From contig OZ244052.1 of the NCBI GenBank assembly GCA_965215125.1, positions 32,001 to 96,000 on the forward strand: DNA of 64,000 nt, written 5' to 3'. The translations under genes were made by a program, and so were the position numbers. Source of the stretch: an uncultured candidatus Porisulfidus sp. (GTDB lineage: Bacteria > Pseudomonadota > Gammaproteobacteria > Poriferisulfidales > Oxydemutatoraceae). Positions 1 to 15,300 of the stretch are shown in pieces. The notes beneath the pieces were generated by a model, which made no database searches, was not told the DNA's origin, and saw only the letters and a list, made by a program, of their open reading frames with translations. Each line of letters opens with the position of its first letter. Within the stretch, counting starts at the first letter, position 1.

Positions 1-136
1 TTATAACCAACAAGGCGGCGATATACTTCGTCTTTCCACTTTGTTGCGCGAGGTTGCCAGACAAAGCCGTGGTACTTTTATTGCGTTGGATTGATTATCG
101 GGTGGTTTGCGTGGTTGACTTATGCAGAACCGTTGC

Positions 137-318
137 AACCACCTCATAAAAAGGCTTACATTTTGTATATATGCTGGGGTTCTGCACAATGTCACGCCGT
201 TTGTCTTTGCTATTCGTATTATTTCTAATAGCCATAAATAGCTGAATCTTGTATAAGGTAGCGTTCCTTGTGCTACTGCAACAAGGAACGGTTATTTGCA
301 ACAAACGGCGGTTCTATT
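137..318 (-). repeat. Composite intergenic repeat (family B hairpin element with expanded loop)
   Basis: ggttctgcacaatgtcacgccgtttgt (~178-204) and acaaacggcggttcta (301-316) form the two arms; 137-200 is homologous to 33891-33955 and, inverted, to 18753-18815. Confidence 0.7.
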
Positions 319-324
319 TTGTCT

Positions 325-3300
325 TTATGGGTTCAGTAGGCCTTCGGGGAATAATCTGATTTGGGTACGGATAACTCTATGGATATCAACAACTCTCCTA
401 TAGCTTATCAATTCATTAGTATTCTGATCTTGGAAGAGTAGTGTGATTGTGATTGTTCTAGCGGTGGAGGGTATCATTGCAGTAAAGGGTTGTCTGTTCT
501 CAGTCATAGTCATCCGGTCCTCCTCATTATCTACTCTATATTGAAAGCGAATGGTAGCGTTTTCAATATTTGCATCTGGGATCAGCCTTACATTATCAGC
601 GTTCAAGTCAACTCTCAGCATATAGTCGCTTGGCATTTCCGGTGTTTCAATTAGAGTTGCCGATTCTCCTTCTGCTACACGCAATGAAAAATCAGGTCTC
701 ATAGCTTGACCTTGCAGTAACATGCCACATCGTTCGCAATCAACCGGGTCGGTTTCGCTTCTTAGATACTTAAGTGCCGGGTATTGCATGTTGGTGCCGA
801 AATCCCAGTTGACAGCACGCCATCCGGAGATGGATGATCGTGATTGAAGATTCATATCATCAGTTAGAGTTTCACTGTTCCTTATCGTTCCAATAGGGAG
901 ATTTTCACCGACTAAGTTATATCGACTGCTTTGATCGCCATAACTGTCAATAATGGAGCCACTGTTGATGCCGACCAAAGCACCGACCAGTCTGGTTCCT
1001 ACCACATTGCCGACGGCAGCATAACTTGAAGCTATCAAGTTTCTGTTATCACCAACCAAACCGCCGACTCGTTCACTTCCGTCTATGTTGCCGATTGAGT
1101 ATGTGTCTGCAATGACACCGACATTCAAACCGACCAAACCGCCGGCATAATAAAAGTTCCTATCTACCCTGGTCGCTCCGAAGGCTACAACCGTGATACT
1201 TGTTAAAGTGCCGCTTGCATAACTATTATTAATGTTGCCGGCATTGACACCGGCCAAGCCACCGGCAAAGGTTACCCCTAGCACATCGCTCTCGGCTATG
1301 CTATTGGTAATCCGCCCGGTATTGATACCGACCAAGCCCCCGATCTGATCTATTCCTGTCACATCGCTATGCGTATAGCTATCGTTGATGATTCCGGCGT
1401 TATCACCTACCAGACCGCCACCCCATGCATTCCTTAAGGTAACCGTGCTCGCGCTGGTTACACGGCTATTAATAATCGTGCCTTCGTTGCGACCGACCAA
1501 GCCACCGGTTAAGTATCTACCGCTTACATTCGCATCCGATAGTTCGATATTGACGATACGAGCATTGCGTCCGGTATAGCCGAATAATCCGGTATAATTT
1601 CTAATAAAGTCTCTATCAATCATAAGATTAGCAATGCTGTGGCTGGTGGTTGCGCTAAATTCCACATTAAAAGGATTACTGGGATTTCCTATCGGTCGCC
1701 AACCTCTATCGGTCTCTTTACCGGTCGTCCATATCGGCTTGTTCTCGGATGGATTGCGATAGCTTTCGTCCTTATCAAAGTCTAAATCTCTGACCAACTC
1801 ATAGCCTCTGCAAGCACTATCGTTCCTCTCTCCACAAGTCTTCGGCATGGCATCGGCATCCAATCGATAACGCATCGCATACAAGCCTTCCAAATCGCAA
1901 ATTTCTATCAAGCCGTCGCCGTCTCTATCTATGGTATCTGCGCGGCATGGCATTCGCGGTATGCCGCTTAATTTAGGCTGCGCAGGTATTACTATGGCAT
2001 AATCCCTTGCACTACCTCGCTCTATAGAAATAGTAGTGACCCTTCGAATATCATCTACCGGAATTGTACGCGAAATTGTACGCGAATTGTTTTCTCTAGT
2101 GGTAGAAGACATCACATTATCTTGCACTCTGACTCCTCGCACGTTGACAAACAAATTAGCATTTGGAATATTCGTTGTAGCCGTCACCGTTATTTTCGTC
2201 GTGTTCTCAGGGATGTCAAAAATCTCATAACCATTAAAACTAGAGAATGCGTTTATAACCGGGTCAAACTCAGGTTCCAATGTACCGACCGATAAAGTCA
2301 CACCGCTCAATGCCGGGGTGCCTATGCCGATTCTTGAGTCTTGTTCCGGAAGCAGTGTGTCGCAAGCCGGTAATGTGACCCGATAATCGGTTTGTCCGTC
2401 GGCAACGACACAACTTGAATAGCCGTTGCCGTCAAAATTCCCTGTGTATGTCAGGGTCGGCGTAGTAGACAGTGCGGTGACCGTGCCACCGGACTCGGGG
2501 GATACCAAATCGCCGACATTATTTGCTCCTGTTACGATATTACCGGCATAGCCGACAATCGTTCCGTTGCTATTGTAGCCGACCAAGCCGCCGACATTCG
2601 TGCCACCGACTACATGACCGAGCGCATAGCTGTTATCGATGGTGCCGGCATCGTTATAGCCGACCAAGCCACCGACATCGAAATCACCCAGCACGCTATT
2701 GGTGGCATAACTATTGGTGATGGAACCCCCTCCTTTGAACGGACTCTCGCTGTGGTTATAACCGACCAAGCCACCGACCGCATTTCCGGCTGTTATTATA
2801 TCGGTACCTTGAATACCGCTAGCAGCGGGTATGCTAAAGAAGCTGAGTGCGTAGCTATCGCTGATCGGACCGAAGCTGTAACCTGCCAAACCACCCACCG
2901 CAAAATCCCCGTTTAGCCTGACTTGGGTATAGCTATTGACGATTGAACCGTAATTAGAACCGACCAGCCCACCGAGCCACGCGCGAGTCGCGTTTAGTCC
3001 AACGCGAAACAATTGAGTGAAAACTACGGAGCTGTTGGCAATAAGAGAACTCTCGGTAACCGAACCTTCGCTATCGGTTAACCTACTCGTCACGCCGACT
3101 AAACCGCCGACCGCATACCGCCCACTAATGTTTGGATCTCGCACCTGAATATCCAAAATTTTGGCTCGGGGACCGATCACACCGAACAAACCGATATTGT
3201 CTTCCTCCGGTCTATTGATATACAAGCGATCAATGAATAGATTATCGGTAGCTGCCGTAAAAACGGTATTGAAAGGGGTTTCAATGCTCCCTATAGGTTG

Positions 3301-6300
3301 CCAACCTGGAGGCGATGATGTAAATGTAGATATCCATGCCCGATTCACTTCTCCGATATAAGAGTCATTAGAACTAAAGTTTAAGCTTCTTTGCAATTCA
3401 TAACCTTCACAAGGTTGATCGTTGTTTTGACCGCAAGTTGCCGGCATTTCGGTCAAATGCTCGCGTATTGCGTCCAAGTCGTCCAAATAGTAAATTTCTA
3501 TCAAGCCATCGTCGTCATCGTCTATACCTATATCTGTCCGCTTAATCGGTTCTAAAATGAACGACTCTCGGTCTGCATATTCGGTTGTAAAGCCTTGACC
3601 GTCGGTGTGGGTTACATTCACGAAATAGCGGGTGCTTCCGTTGTCTGTGTCGGGCAATCTATATTCGGGTGAAGTAGAAACCTCATTCCGCTCTTTTCTA
3701 CCATTTTCAACATGCAATCTTTCCCATGTATACATAAACTCACCTTCACCGTCCGAATCGGTGCCTTCGCCGACAACGATACTCAAGGTCGTCGAGCTTA
3801 CTTCCAAACTGATATCGGGAGGCATCCCGTTGTTTATCTTATTGACTCTCAGTGTTTCTCTCGGTGTATATGTTGTTGCCCCGTCAACTATATTCACTTC
3901 AAATACGAGGGTGGCCATGGTAGTCTCAATACCTCCCGGCACAAAATTATCGGGTATCTTCACCTGCAAAGTAGCGGTGCCCTGCCCCGATAAAATGTCA
4001 ACCGAGTCCGGCGGTATAAACGACCAGCTACGGCTATCGCCTATCGCACTAGTGTTTAAGGTGATTTCGTCTCCTTCATCTACGACCGTGCTTGTGGTCT
4101 CTATATCGTACCTGCGCATGACCAGCGTGTAAGTGGTATTTATATCGCCGTCGGTCACGACAATGGATACAGTCGTCGCAACATCTAAGTCTAATGGAAT
4201 CGAGTTGCTAGGCTGACCGCTGGATTTACCGGAAAAATAATTTCGGCTATCGCGGTCCCTTATGATTTTAATCTCGGCATCATCCCCACCGACGGCAAAA
4301 GGTCTTAACTGAACCTCGTCCCGGTTCAGAATACCTATACTATAATTCTCTCGCAAAACGGAGAAAGGTTGATTACCGAGGCGTAGATCGGGGTTCAATA
4401 CCTCGCCGTTTGATAGCAGAAACAGTGCGCCCAGACCGGTCTCATATTGCTGATTGGGCAATAGCCCGCAGCGTGCGGTATCGGAATCTAAGTTACATGA
4501 GGCCGGGTCGTAGCGAAGCATCGGATAAGTCGTCTCATCGCCGAAATCCCAGTTGTCGGTACTCCATTGTCGATAAATGCCGATTGCATCTATCGGTGAT
4601 TGCAGTTCCATCGTGGTTTTGCTTGTCTCATCGTCATCGGTGGGGCGTCTGTCGCCTTCGGTATAAACATCGCTATTCCAGTAGCTAGCAACTGTATCGT
4701 CGTTCTCGCCTAACAATACCTTATTACCTAGCAATCCTCCTATCCTTCTGTTGTTATTAGGATTAGGGATTACTTTAGAAATCGTATAGCTATTTTCGGC
4801 GGCTATAAAAGGAGTGAAGCCAATACTTCTATCGGGCAAACCGATCAATCCACCTAAATTGGGTGAGCCACTGCCTACATCGCCTTCGATAACATCCCCG
4901 GTTGAGTAACTGTTTATGACTACAATTCTTCTACCGAAACGATTTATACTTCGGCCTATCAAACCACCTATATGCCTATTTCCGGTGACAGAACCACGCG
5001 CAAAGCTATTACGAACCGCACCCTCGTTTCTACCTATTAAACCACCAACTCCTGCATTTCCGCGTACTTCTACATTCGTTCCGCTATTCCTTATCGTACC
5101 AACACTAAAATTGTAACCTACCAGTCCTCCTGTGTTGTCCCCAAGACCTACAATCGTGCCGCTCGTTGCGATCACATAGCTATCAGCAATGATACCTCCG
5201 TTTTGGCCAACTAATCCACCTGTATTCGCATTACCGCCGATTTTCACGGAACCGCCCACATAGCTGGAATTAATCATGCCTCCTGAGAAAGCGATCAATC
5301 CACTTACTGAATTGTTTCCTCTAATATCTACATTGATTAAACCTATATTGCTGATAATGCTACCGACGTTTACTTGTCGGAATAAAGCTATAGTGCTCGC
5401 TCTATTGATATAAAGATTAGAGATGGTATAACCATTTCCGTCAAAAGTATAAGAGGAAAAACCATTTACACGAGGAATAGGCTCCCATCCCGGATTGCTT
5501 CTATCGTCATTCGCACTCCATAGATTCATGTTTCTAGTATCGGCATAGCTCAGCGGGTCGTTGAAGTCTAAGTTTCTTCTCAATTCGTAACGGTTTCTTG
5601 ATTGAAGGGTACCGCTTTTTGTTGCGGCCAAATCTTCCAGCGTATAGATATCTATAAAGCCGTTGTCGTTATCGTCGTTATCGCCGGCTCTGTATAAATA
5701 ATTGCCTGCTACTTCGTCGGTGCGATACCCTTGCGCATCGGTGTATTGCACTGCCACTCGATAGCGGGTAGCGGTGGTCGTGTCCGCCGGTATTTGATAA
5801 TCAACCATCCTCAAGGCAGTCGTTGTCGAGGCTACAGGTGTCCATGAGTTTGAATCGGGGGCTCGGCTCTGCCACTGATATCGGTATTCGGTAGCATTGC
5901 CGTCGGGATCATCGCCTACGATAGCGGTTAGTTGCCTATTGCCGAATTCCCCCACAAAATCAATCTCGGCAGGCCCGTTGTCTATCTTCTTTATCGTCAA
6001 TATTCGGCTTATTGACCGGCTGTCTCCTTCTATGAGATCGGTAACCGTTAGTGTCAATACCGTGTTGCGAGTCGTTGCATCCGCTGCCACGAAATCGTCA
6101 AGCACCCGAACCGTGATTGTGGCAGCATTTTGTTCCAGTATCTCCAGCGCACGCACTCCCGGTTGTGTCCATCGATAGTCTCCTCCGACAATGTCGGATG
6201 TCAGTTCAATCGTGCTCCCTTCGTCCACAGTTCCGTCTTCGGAGGGCATAGGCTCCAGCGTGATTTCTCCTGTTCCGGCAATATCCGCTGTTTTGATAAT

Positions 6301-9300
6301 AGTGAGTGTATATGCCGTTGAGGCGGCATCGGCTACAATAATATTCTGTACCGAAGTGTCTTTAGGCAGTGCAACCGTAGTCATCGTACTACCGGTTGCC
6401 GTACCCACACCGTCAATCGTGATAATACCTCTAAAGTCATATCCGTTCAATTCTAATTGAGCACGCTCTTCAGTATCTCTAATCCATAAGGTGTATTCGG
6501 TTCTGTCGGAAACGAAGACGCTATCGGTTCTTGTTACTGTCGGCGCAAGTATATTCAGGTCTCTCAAACCGATCCCTTGATCCGGCAGAAATGTGACACA
6601 TTCTGGTTGGTCGGTGCTTTTCGTGGGTGCTTGATCAGAACACGCTTCGTAGTTATAGCTACCTGAGTTATATCTTAGAATTGGGTACTGTTCGGATGTG
6701 CCGAAATCCCAATTATCGGTAGTCCACTTCTCGTATAGTTCGGAATCGATATTACCGGGTGCGGTCGGTGATTTTAGTATAGATACAGTCTGCGTGGTGT
6801 AAGCGGTACGGACTAAAGAATTTGTTGTGATATCGGCAATCTCGGTACCCGTTGCATAGACATTAATAAGCGTGCCTGTTGTAGAAGCACTACCTAAGCT
6901 TCCCACTAGTGCACCTTCGTAGGTTTCTCGTTGATAACCTCTGGCATAAGCATTGTTAATGCGAACATCGGCATGACCCAGCAGATGCCCCGAATGCAAC
7001 GCATTCCCGGTTAAATCAACCCTCGCATAGACATTTTCATATTGAGGATTTGCATTGTTATCGGTCGTCGTGGCACGGCCTACCAAACCACCCAGCGTAT
7101 CAACCATTCCTTCAGACGACATAGTGCCGGTGACATAGCTGTTTGCTATAAGACAATTCCGGCACGCAGCGGCTAAGCCACCGTTATCGCCACCTCGGGT
7201 TTGAATATCTACATCAAGCAGACCGATATTGTAAATCGCGAGCGGATCCTCGCCGGTGTTGTCTATATTGCCGAATAAACCACTATAAGTAGCGGTACTT
7301 TGATACAGATTGGAGATTGCATAGCCGTTGCCTTCAAATATCATCGGCGCACTAACGGTCGTTTGACTATTGCTACCGATCGACACCCAGCCTTCGTTGC
7401 TTTTGCCGTCATTCGGCTGCCATATGACCTTATTAGCCGTCGAGCTATAGCTGTTATCTACGCCGAAGTCTAAATCTCTTATCAACTCGTAGCCTCTGCA
7501 CACCGTGCTACCATTGTCATCAAAACCACACCCTGAATTTATCACCCTCGCTTGAGTGCTTGTTCTATAGCCGCTGCCGTCTAATCGATAACGTACTGCA
7601 TCTAAATCTTCAAGGTAATAAATCTCTATCAAACCGTCGTTGTCTATGTCTATGTCGGGCCGATAATCCGTAGGTGTGGGTTCACTATAAGCGATATCGT
7701 TTAGATAGCCTTGCCTATCCGTGTAGCTTACACCGACGCGATAGTTAAAGGTGATGGGATATTCCGGCGGTGCCGTATAAGTTTCCATCGTCGCACCGGA
7801 AATATCCATCCATTCGTCGGCATCTATGGCTTTACGCTGCCACTGATAGCCGATATCATCCTCGTTGGGATTGCCGTCTGCGTCTTCAATATCCTCGATA
7901 GCATTCAATGAAATACCGTCCTCTACCCACCTTGGATTTCGTTGTGGAGTATCGTTATTTATTTTATTGACTTTTAGCACTACGCGACGGTCGGTACTGA
8001 AAGTACCATCTCCCACCGTTAAGGTGAACACCACGGTACTAGAAGTATAATCGCGCCCTATAAAATCGTCGGGTACGCGCACAGTCAAGACTGCTATAGA
8101 GGTACTCGATAACACCAAATTCGGATTTAGTAACTGTGATGAATCTTCCGGCATTATATTCCATCGATAATTATATGTTCTGGAACCTCCGCTAAGCCGA
8201 GGTGACTCCAAAGTGAAACTCCTGCCTTCGGTGGTGGATATCGCATTATCGGTAATCGTTCCATCTCCTGCGATGTCGATTTCTCCTGAAACTATCGGTG
8301 TCCTATTTATCAAAGTAAGCGTATATTCGGTCTCGGTGGCAGGAAAGACTTCTCTCACCGTAACTGTTACAGTTGTTTCCCCTACATTTTCCAGAGAAAT
8401 ATCGTCGCTGACATCGGTGGTATCACGCATACCGGCAAAATAATCCGTACTATTTCCCTGCTCGCGGACACTGATTTGCGAGTCGCCCTCGTAAGCCTTC
8501 AATCTGAGTCTTAAGTTCGGTGTTTCATTGCCAAAACTTACATCATAGCGGGTAATTTCAGAAGCAAAGGCTTTATCCAGCACGATGCCGTCGCTTATTA
8601 TCTCCAAATCTCTCAAACCGTCATTTTGATCCGGCAGGAATGTGCCGCATTGCGGTTGGTCGGTGCTTTGCATGCGCAACCCCAAGACCGACGAGCATGC
8701 AATATAGTTAGAATTACCGCTCTTATTATATTTTAGAATCGGAAACTGCTCGGATGTACCGAAATCCCAATTATCGGCAGCCCAATCCCTGTAGAGTTCG
8801 GAATCGGTATCACCGGGTGCGGTCGGCGATTTTAGTATAGATACAGTCCGCGTAGTGTAAGAAGTGCGGACTAAAGAGTCTCCCATGATATCGGCAATCT
8901 TGGTACCTGTTGCATAGACATTGATAAGCGTGCCTGTTGTAAAATCACTACCTAGGCTTCCTACGAGTGCACCTTCGTAGGTTTCTCGTTGATAGCCTCT
9001 GGCATAAGCATTGTTAACGCGAACATCGGCATGACCCAGCAAATGCCCCGAATGCAACGCATTCCCGGTTAAATCAACCCGCGCATAGACATTTTCATAT
9101 TGAGGATTTGCATTGTTATCGGTCGTCGTGGCACGGCCTACCAAACCACCCAGCGTATCAACCGTTCCTTCAGACGACATGGTGCCGGTAACATAGCTGT
9201 TTGTTATCAGGCAATTCCGGCACGCAGCGGCTAAGCCGCCGTTATCGCCACCTCGGGTTTGAATATCTAGATCGAGTAAACCGATATTGTAAATCGCAAG

Positions 9301-12300
9301 CGGATCCTTGCCGGTGTTGTCTATATTGCCGAATAAACCACTATAAGTAGCGGTACTTTGATACAGATTGGAGATTGCATAGCCGTTGCCTTCAAATAGC
9401 ATCGGCGCACTAACGGTCGTTTGGCTATTGCTACCGATCGATACCCAGCCTTCGTTGCTTTTTCTGCCATTCGGCTGCCATATGACCTTATTAGCCGTTG
9501 AGCTATAGCTACTATCTACGCTGAAGTCTAAATCTCTTATCAACTCGTAGCCTCTGCACACCGTGCTTCCATTATCGTTATAGCCACAACCTGCTTTTAT
9601 CACCGTTGCTTGAGTGCTTGTTCTATAGCCGCTACCATCTAATTGATAACGCACTGCATCCAAATCCTCAAGGTAATAAATCTCTATCAAACCGTCGTTG
9701 TCTGTGTCTATGTCCGGCCTATAATCTGCAGGTGTAGAGTCGCTATAGGCAATATCGCTTAAATAGCCTTGCGCATCCGTGTAGCGCACACCGACGCGAT
9801 AGTTAAAGGCAATGGGATACTCCGGCTGTAGTATCGTATAAGTTTCAGACGATGCGCCGGAAATATCCATCCATTCGTCGGCATCTATGGCTTTACGCTG
9901 CCACTGATAGCCGATATCACTATCGCCGGGATTGCCGTCCGGGTCTTCAATATCCTCGATAGCATTCAATGAAATACCGTCTTCTACCCACCTTGGATTT
10001 CGTTGCGAGGTATCGTTATTTATCTTATTGACCTTTAGCACTACACTACGAACAGTACTGGAAGTACCGTCTCCCACCGTTAAGTTGAATACCACGGTGC
10101 TAGATGTATCATTGCGCCCTATAAAATTCTCGGGTATGGTCACAGTCAAAGTTCGGTTGGTGGTATCCCGCAGTTGCAATTTGGAATTTAGTAACTGCGA
10201 AGGATTTTCCGGCATTGCCGCCCAATTATAGCGATAGGCACCAAAACCTCCCTCAATCCGAGGTGGCTCTAAAGTGAAACTTCTGCCTTCGGTGGTGGAT
10301 ACTACATTCTCGGCAATCATTACATCTCCTGTAATGCCGATTTGTTGCGAAACTATCAGTGTCCTATTCATCAAAGTAAGCGTATATTCGGTCTCGGTGA
10401 TAGGAAAGACTTCTCTCACCGTGATCGTCACGGCTGTTTGCTCTATGCCCGTCAGAGGAATACCGTCGCTGACATCGGCGGTATCACGCATGCCGGCGAA
10501 GTAATCCGTACTATCTCCTTGTTCGCGCACACTGATTTGCGAGTCGCCCTCGTAAGCCTTTAATCTTAATGTTAAGTTCGGTGTATCATTGCTAAAACCT
10601 ACACTATAGTTGGTAATTTCGGAAGCAAAAACTTCATCCAGCACGATGCCGTCGCTTATTATTTCCAAGTCTCTCAAACCGTCATTTTGATCCGGCAGGA
10701 ATGTGTCGCATTGTGGTTGGTCGGTGTTTTGCGTGGGTGCTTGATCGGAACACGCTTCGTAGTCATAGCTACCCGAGTTATATCTTAGAATTGGGTACTG
10801 TTCGGATGTGCCGAAATCCCAATTATCGGTAGTCCACTTCTCGTATAGTTCGGAGTCGGTATTACCGGGTGCGGTCGGCGATTTTAGTATAGATACAGTC
10901 CGCGTAGTATAAGAAGTGCGGACTAAAGAGTCTCCCATGATATCGGCAATCTTGGTACCTGTTGCATAGACATTGATAAGCGTGCCTGTTGTAAAATCAC
11001 TGCCTAGGCTTCCTACGAGTGCACCTTCGTAGGTTTCTTGTTGATAGCCTCTGGCATAAGCATTGTTAACGCGAACATCGGCATGACCCAGCAAATGCCC
11101 TGAATGCAACGCATTCCCGGTTAAATCAACCCTTGCATAGACATTTTCATATTGAGGATTTGTATTGTTATCGGTCGTCGTGGCACGGCCTACCAAACCA
11201 CCCAGCGTATCAACCGTTCCTTCAGACGACATGGTGCCGGTGACATAGCTGTTCGCTATCAGACAATTCCGGCACGCAGCGGCTAAGCCGCCGTTATCGC
11301 CACCTCGGGTTTGAATATCTAGATCGAGTAAACCGATATTGTAAATCGCAAGCGGATCCTTGCCGGTGTTGTCTATATTGCCGAATAAACCACTATAAGT
11401 AGCGGTGCTTTGATACAGATTGGAGATTGCATAGCCGTTGCCTTCAAATAGCATCGGCGCACTAACAGTCGTCTGGTTATTGCTACCGATCGGCACCCAG
11501 CCTTCGTTGCTTTTGCCGTCATTCGGCTGCCATATGACCTTATTAGCCGTTGAGCTATAGCTGTTATCTATGCCGAAGTCTAAATCTCTTATCAACTCGT
11601 AGCCTCTGCACACCGTGCTACCATTATCGTTATAGCCACAACCCGCTTTTATCACCGTTGCTTGAGTGCTTGTTCTATAGCCGCTACCATCTAATCGATA
11701 ACGCACTGCATCCAAATCCTCAAGGTAATAAATCTCTATCAAACCGTCGTTGTCTGTGTCTATGTCCGGCCTATAATCTGCAGGTGTAGAGTCGCTATAG
11801 GCGATATCGCTTAAATAGCCTTGCGCATCCGTGTAGCGCACACCGACGCGATAGTTAAAGGTAATGGGATACTCCGGCTGTAATATCGTATAAGTTTCAG
11901 ACGATGCACCGGAAATATCCATCCATTCGTCGGCATCTATGGCTTTACGCTGCCACTGATAGCCGATATCACTATCGCCGGGATTGCCGTCCGGGTCTTC
12001 AATATCCTCGATAGCATTCAATGAAATACCGTCTTCTACCCACCTTGGATCTCGTTGTGGAGTATCGTTATTTATTTTATTGACTTTTAGCACTACGCGG
12101 CGGTCGGTACTGAAAGTACCGTCTCCTACCGTTAAGGTGAACACCACAGTACTAGAAGTATAATCGCGCCCTATAAAATTCGCGGGTACGCGCACAGTCA
12201 AGACTGCTACAGAGGTACTCGATAACACCAAATTCGGCTTTAGTAACTGTGATGAATCTTCCGGCGTCACCGTCCATTCGTAGTCAGGCATGCCGCTACC

Positions 12301-15300
12301 ACCACTAGCTTGAGGTGCCGTCAAAGTGAAACTTCTGCCTTCGGTGGTGGCTATCACATTATCGGTAATCGTTTCATCTCCTGCAATGCCGATTTCTCCC
12401 GAAACTACCAGTGTCCTATTTCTCAAACTCAGTGTATATTCGGTCTCGGTGGCAGGAAAGACTTCTCTCACCGTGATTGTTACAGTTGTTTCCCCTACAT
12501 TTTCCAGAGGAATACCGTCGCTGACATCGGCGGTATCACGCATGCCGGCGAAGTAATCCGTACTATCTCCTTGTTCGCGCACACTGATTTGCGAGTCGCC
12601 CTCGTAAGCCTTTAATCTTAATGTTAAGTTCGGTGTCTCATTGCCAAAACTTACATCATAACGGGTAATTTCGGAGGCAAAAACTTTATCCAATTCAATG
12701 CCGTCGCTTATTATTTCCAAGTCTCTCAAACCGTCATTTTGATCCGGCAGGAATGTGCCGCATTGCGGTAGATTGGTTCTTTGGGTTTGTAGGTCGTTCG
12801 AACAATCCTCCACATATTTTAGAATCGGGAATTGCTCGGATGTGCCGAAATCCCAAATGTCGGTACTCCAATCGTTATATAACTCGGAGCCGGCGGTGCC
12901 GGGTGCGGTCGGCAATTTTAGTATAGATACAGTCTGCGTAGTGTAAGAAGTGCGGATTAAAAAGTCTCCCATGATATCGGCAATCTTGGTACCCGTTGCA
13001 TAGACATTGATAAGCGTGCCTGTTGTAGAAGCACTACCTAGGCTTCCCACGAGTGCGCCCTCGTAGTCTTCTCGTTGATAGCCTCTGGTATAAGCATTGT
13101 TAATATGAATGTCGGCATGACCCAGCAAATGCCCCGAATGCAACGCATTCCCTATCAAATCAACCCTCGCATAGACATTTTCATATTGAGGATTTTCATT
13201 GTTATCGGTCGTCGTGGCACGGCCTACCAAACCACCCAGCGTATCAACCGTTCCTTCAGACGACAAGGTGCCGGTGACATAGCTGTTCGCTATCAGACAA
13301 TTCCGGCACGCAGCGGCTAAGCCACCGTTATCACCGCCTCGGGTTTGAATATCTACATCAAGTAAACCGATATTGTAAATCGCAAGCGGATCCTTGCCGG
13401 TGTTGTCTATATTGCCGAATAAACCACTATAAGTAGCGGTGCTTTGATACAGATTGGAGATTGTATAGCCGTTGCCTTCAAATAGCATCGGCGCACTAAC
13501 GGTCGTTTGGCTATTGCTACCGATCGGCACCCAGCCTTCGTTGCTTTTGCTTTCATTCGGCTGCCATAGAACCTGATTAGCCGTTGAGCTATAGCTGTTA
13601 TCTATGCCGAAGTCTAAATCTCTTATCAACTCGTAGCCTCTGCACACCGTGCTACCATTATCGTTATAGCCACAACCCGCTTTTATCACCCTCGCTTGAG
13701 TGCTTGTTCTATAGCCGCTACCATCTAATTGATAACGGATTGCATCCAAGTCCTCAAGGTAATAAACCTCTATCAACCCGTCGTCGTCTGTGTCTATGTC
13801 CGGTCGATAATCTGCAGGTGTGGGGTCGCTATAAGCGATATCGCTTACATAGCCTTGCCGGTCGGTGTAGCGCACACCGACGCGATAGTTAAAGGTAATG
13901 GGATACTCCAGCTGTAGTATCGTATAAGTTTTCGTTGTTGCACCGTCAATATCCACCCATTCGTCGGCATCTACGGCTTTACGCTGCCACTGATAGCCGA
14001 TATCATTCTCGCCGGGATTGCCGTCCGAATCTTCGATATCCTCCGTAGCGTTTAATTTAGTACCGTCTGCCGTCAACTCAGGTGTTCGTTCCCAAGTATC
14101 GTTATTTGTCTTACCGACCTTTAGCACTACGCTGCGGACAGTACTGGAAGTACCGTCCCCCACCGTTAGGGTGAACACCACCGTGCTAGATGTATAATTG
14201 CGCCCTATAAAATCCGCGGGTATGGTCACGGTCAAAGTTTGAGTGGTGGTATCCGACAGTTGCAAATTTGGGTTTAGTAACTGCGAGGAATTTTCCGGCG
14301 TCACCGTCCATTCGTAGCTAGGCGTGCGGATACCACCACTCACTTGAGGTGCCGTCAAAGTAAAACTTCTGCCTTCGGTGGTGGATATCACATTATCGGT
14401 AATCGTTCCATCTCCTTTAATGCCGATTTCTCCCGAAACTACCAGTGTCCTATTTATCAAAGTAAGTGTATATCGAGTCTCGGTGACAGGAAAGATTTCT
14501 CTCACCGTGATCGTCACGGTTGTTTGCTCTGTGCCCGTCAGGGAAATATCGTCGCCGACATCGGGGGTACTACGCATGCCGGCAAAGTAATCCGTACTAT
14601 CTCCGTGTCTGCGGACACTGATTTGCGAGTCGCTCTCGTAGGCCTTTAATCTTAATGTTAAGTTCGGTGTATCATCGTTAAAACTTACATCATAGTTGGT
14701 GATTTCGGAGGCAAAAACTTTATCCAGTTCAATGACCTCGCTTATTATTTCCAGGTCTCTCAAACCGTTGTTTTGGTCCGGCAGGAATGTGCCGCATTGC
14801 GGTGGGTCGGTTCTTTCGGTTTGTAGATCGTTCGAGCAATCCTCCACATATTTTAGAATCGGGAATTGCTCGGATGTGCCGAAATCCCATCTGTCGGTAC
14901 GCCATCCTATATATAATTCAGGGTCGGAAGTACCGGGTCCGGTGGGTTCTTTAAGTTCATTGTGCCGGGATGGTACTCGGGCGTAACTATTGGAAATACC
15001 GGTTTGATTATTATCTTTTATATTTCCTAGATTATTTGCTGCGTAGCTATTCTCAATAAAGCTATTACTCTCCGACAGTATCGCACCTACCGACAGTCCG
15101 GTGACAGATCCTGTTACATAGCTGGAAGCAATCCGAGCATCACCTCGACCATATAATCCACCACTTAATCTCCCTTGAATATTTACATTCGCATAGCTAT
15201 TTATTATTTGACCTAAGTCATTGCCTGCAAAACCGCCTATCTCTTGGTTTCCTACTATAGTACCTTTGACATAACTATTTCTTATAATCCCGATACCCAG

